From: Amphiscolops sp. MND2022
Lineage: Eukaryota
Length of the DNA: 64,000 nucleotides
Assembly (NCBI GenBank): GCA_964187785.1
Contig: OZ076419.1
Coordinates: 45,012,001 to 45,076,000 of the forward strand
Direction of reading: 5' to 3'
Shown: in pieces, positions 63,593 to 64,000 of the stretch
Position numbering within the stretch: position 1 is the stretch's first letter
Layout of the letters: the number at the start of each line of letters is the position of its first letter
The notes under the pieces: generated by a model
What the model saw: only the letters and a program-made list of their open reading frames with translations
Databases searched by the model: none
What the model was told of the DNA's origin: nothing
Program-made: the position numbers and the translations under genes

Positions 63593-64000
63593 ATGGCTGA
63601 AGAAGAGGGCACTTTCAACTTGGACGAGTTCAAAGAAGCCGCTGGCGTCGAGGAGGAAGAAGAGAAGAGACGAACTTTGTTGGATGTGTCGAGGGCCACC
63701 ATCGGAAAAGTGCGTACTGGTATCATTTTTGAGTCGGTGTATGAAAATATATACTTCGTTTCATCAAATGGAAAATGTATAAACTGAAAATTGGTATACA
63801 AAAGTATGCTGCATTATACTCCTTCCATGGAAAAGAACACAGGTCCTGATGTCCGCCGTTTACTTGATATACATAAACTGGCCTGTAAGCATTGGGACTT
63901 GCGTTCTTTGCACTAACTATAAAGGCCGTACAAATTGGAAACTAGCACTAGCTGATGCAAAATTGTTGCTACCTCATTGAAGCTGGCGATGACACTCACC
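63593..64000 (+). CDS. Probable first exon(s) of an unidentified host gene running off the window (exon about 63593-63709, possible next exon from about 63952)
   Basis: MAEEEGTFNLDEFKEAAGVEEEEEKRRTLLDVSRATIGK followed by GTGCGT. A downstream ACTAG|CTG ATG continues in frame as LMQIVATSLKLAMTLT. Confidence 0.4.

Overview
Eukaryotic DNA (spliceosomal introns, LINE/Gypsy relics, a TPGS1-like gene), most likely an invertebrate animal. About 1-48.3 kb is a co-oriented (+ strand), rearranged tandem cluster of one unusual gene family. Splicing across GT-AG introns reconstructs a roughly 1,000-aa protein: Suv4-20/KMT5B-like SET methyltransferase domain, acidic/Pro-Ala linker, Cys/His zinc-binding module, tyrosine recombinase (core-binding plus catalytic R-K-xxxR-GH-Y), and a C-terminal helical domain. 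It lies on an approximately 6-kb head-to-tail unit that resembles a Crypton-type element. Four diverged subfamilies are present (called A1, A2, B, C here), and every copy is disabled. Interleaved are two copies of a degenerate RAG1/Transib-like DDE transposase fused to a BRCT domain, arranged as if circularly permuted. The last 16 kb contains a MITE, a USP16/45-like pseudogene fragment, LINE and Gypsy relics, an intact TPGS1-like gene and the start of another gene. All family assignments come from motifs recognised by eye and need HMM/BLAST confirmation.
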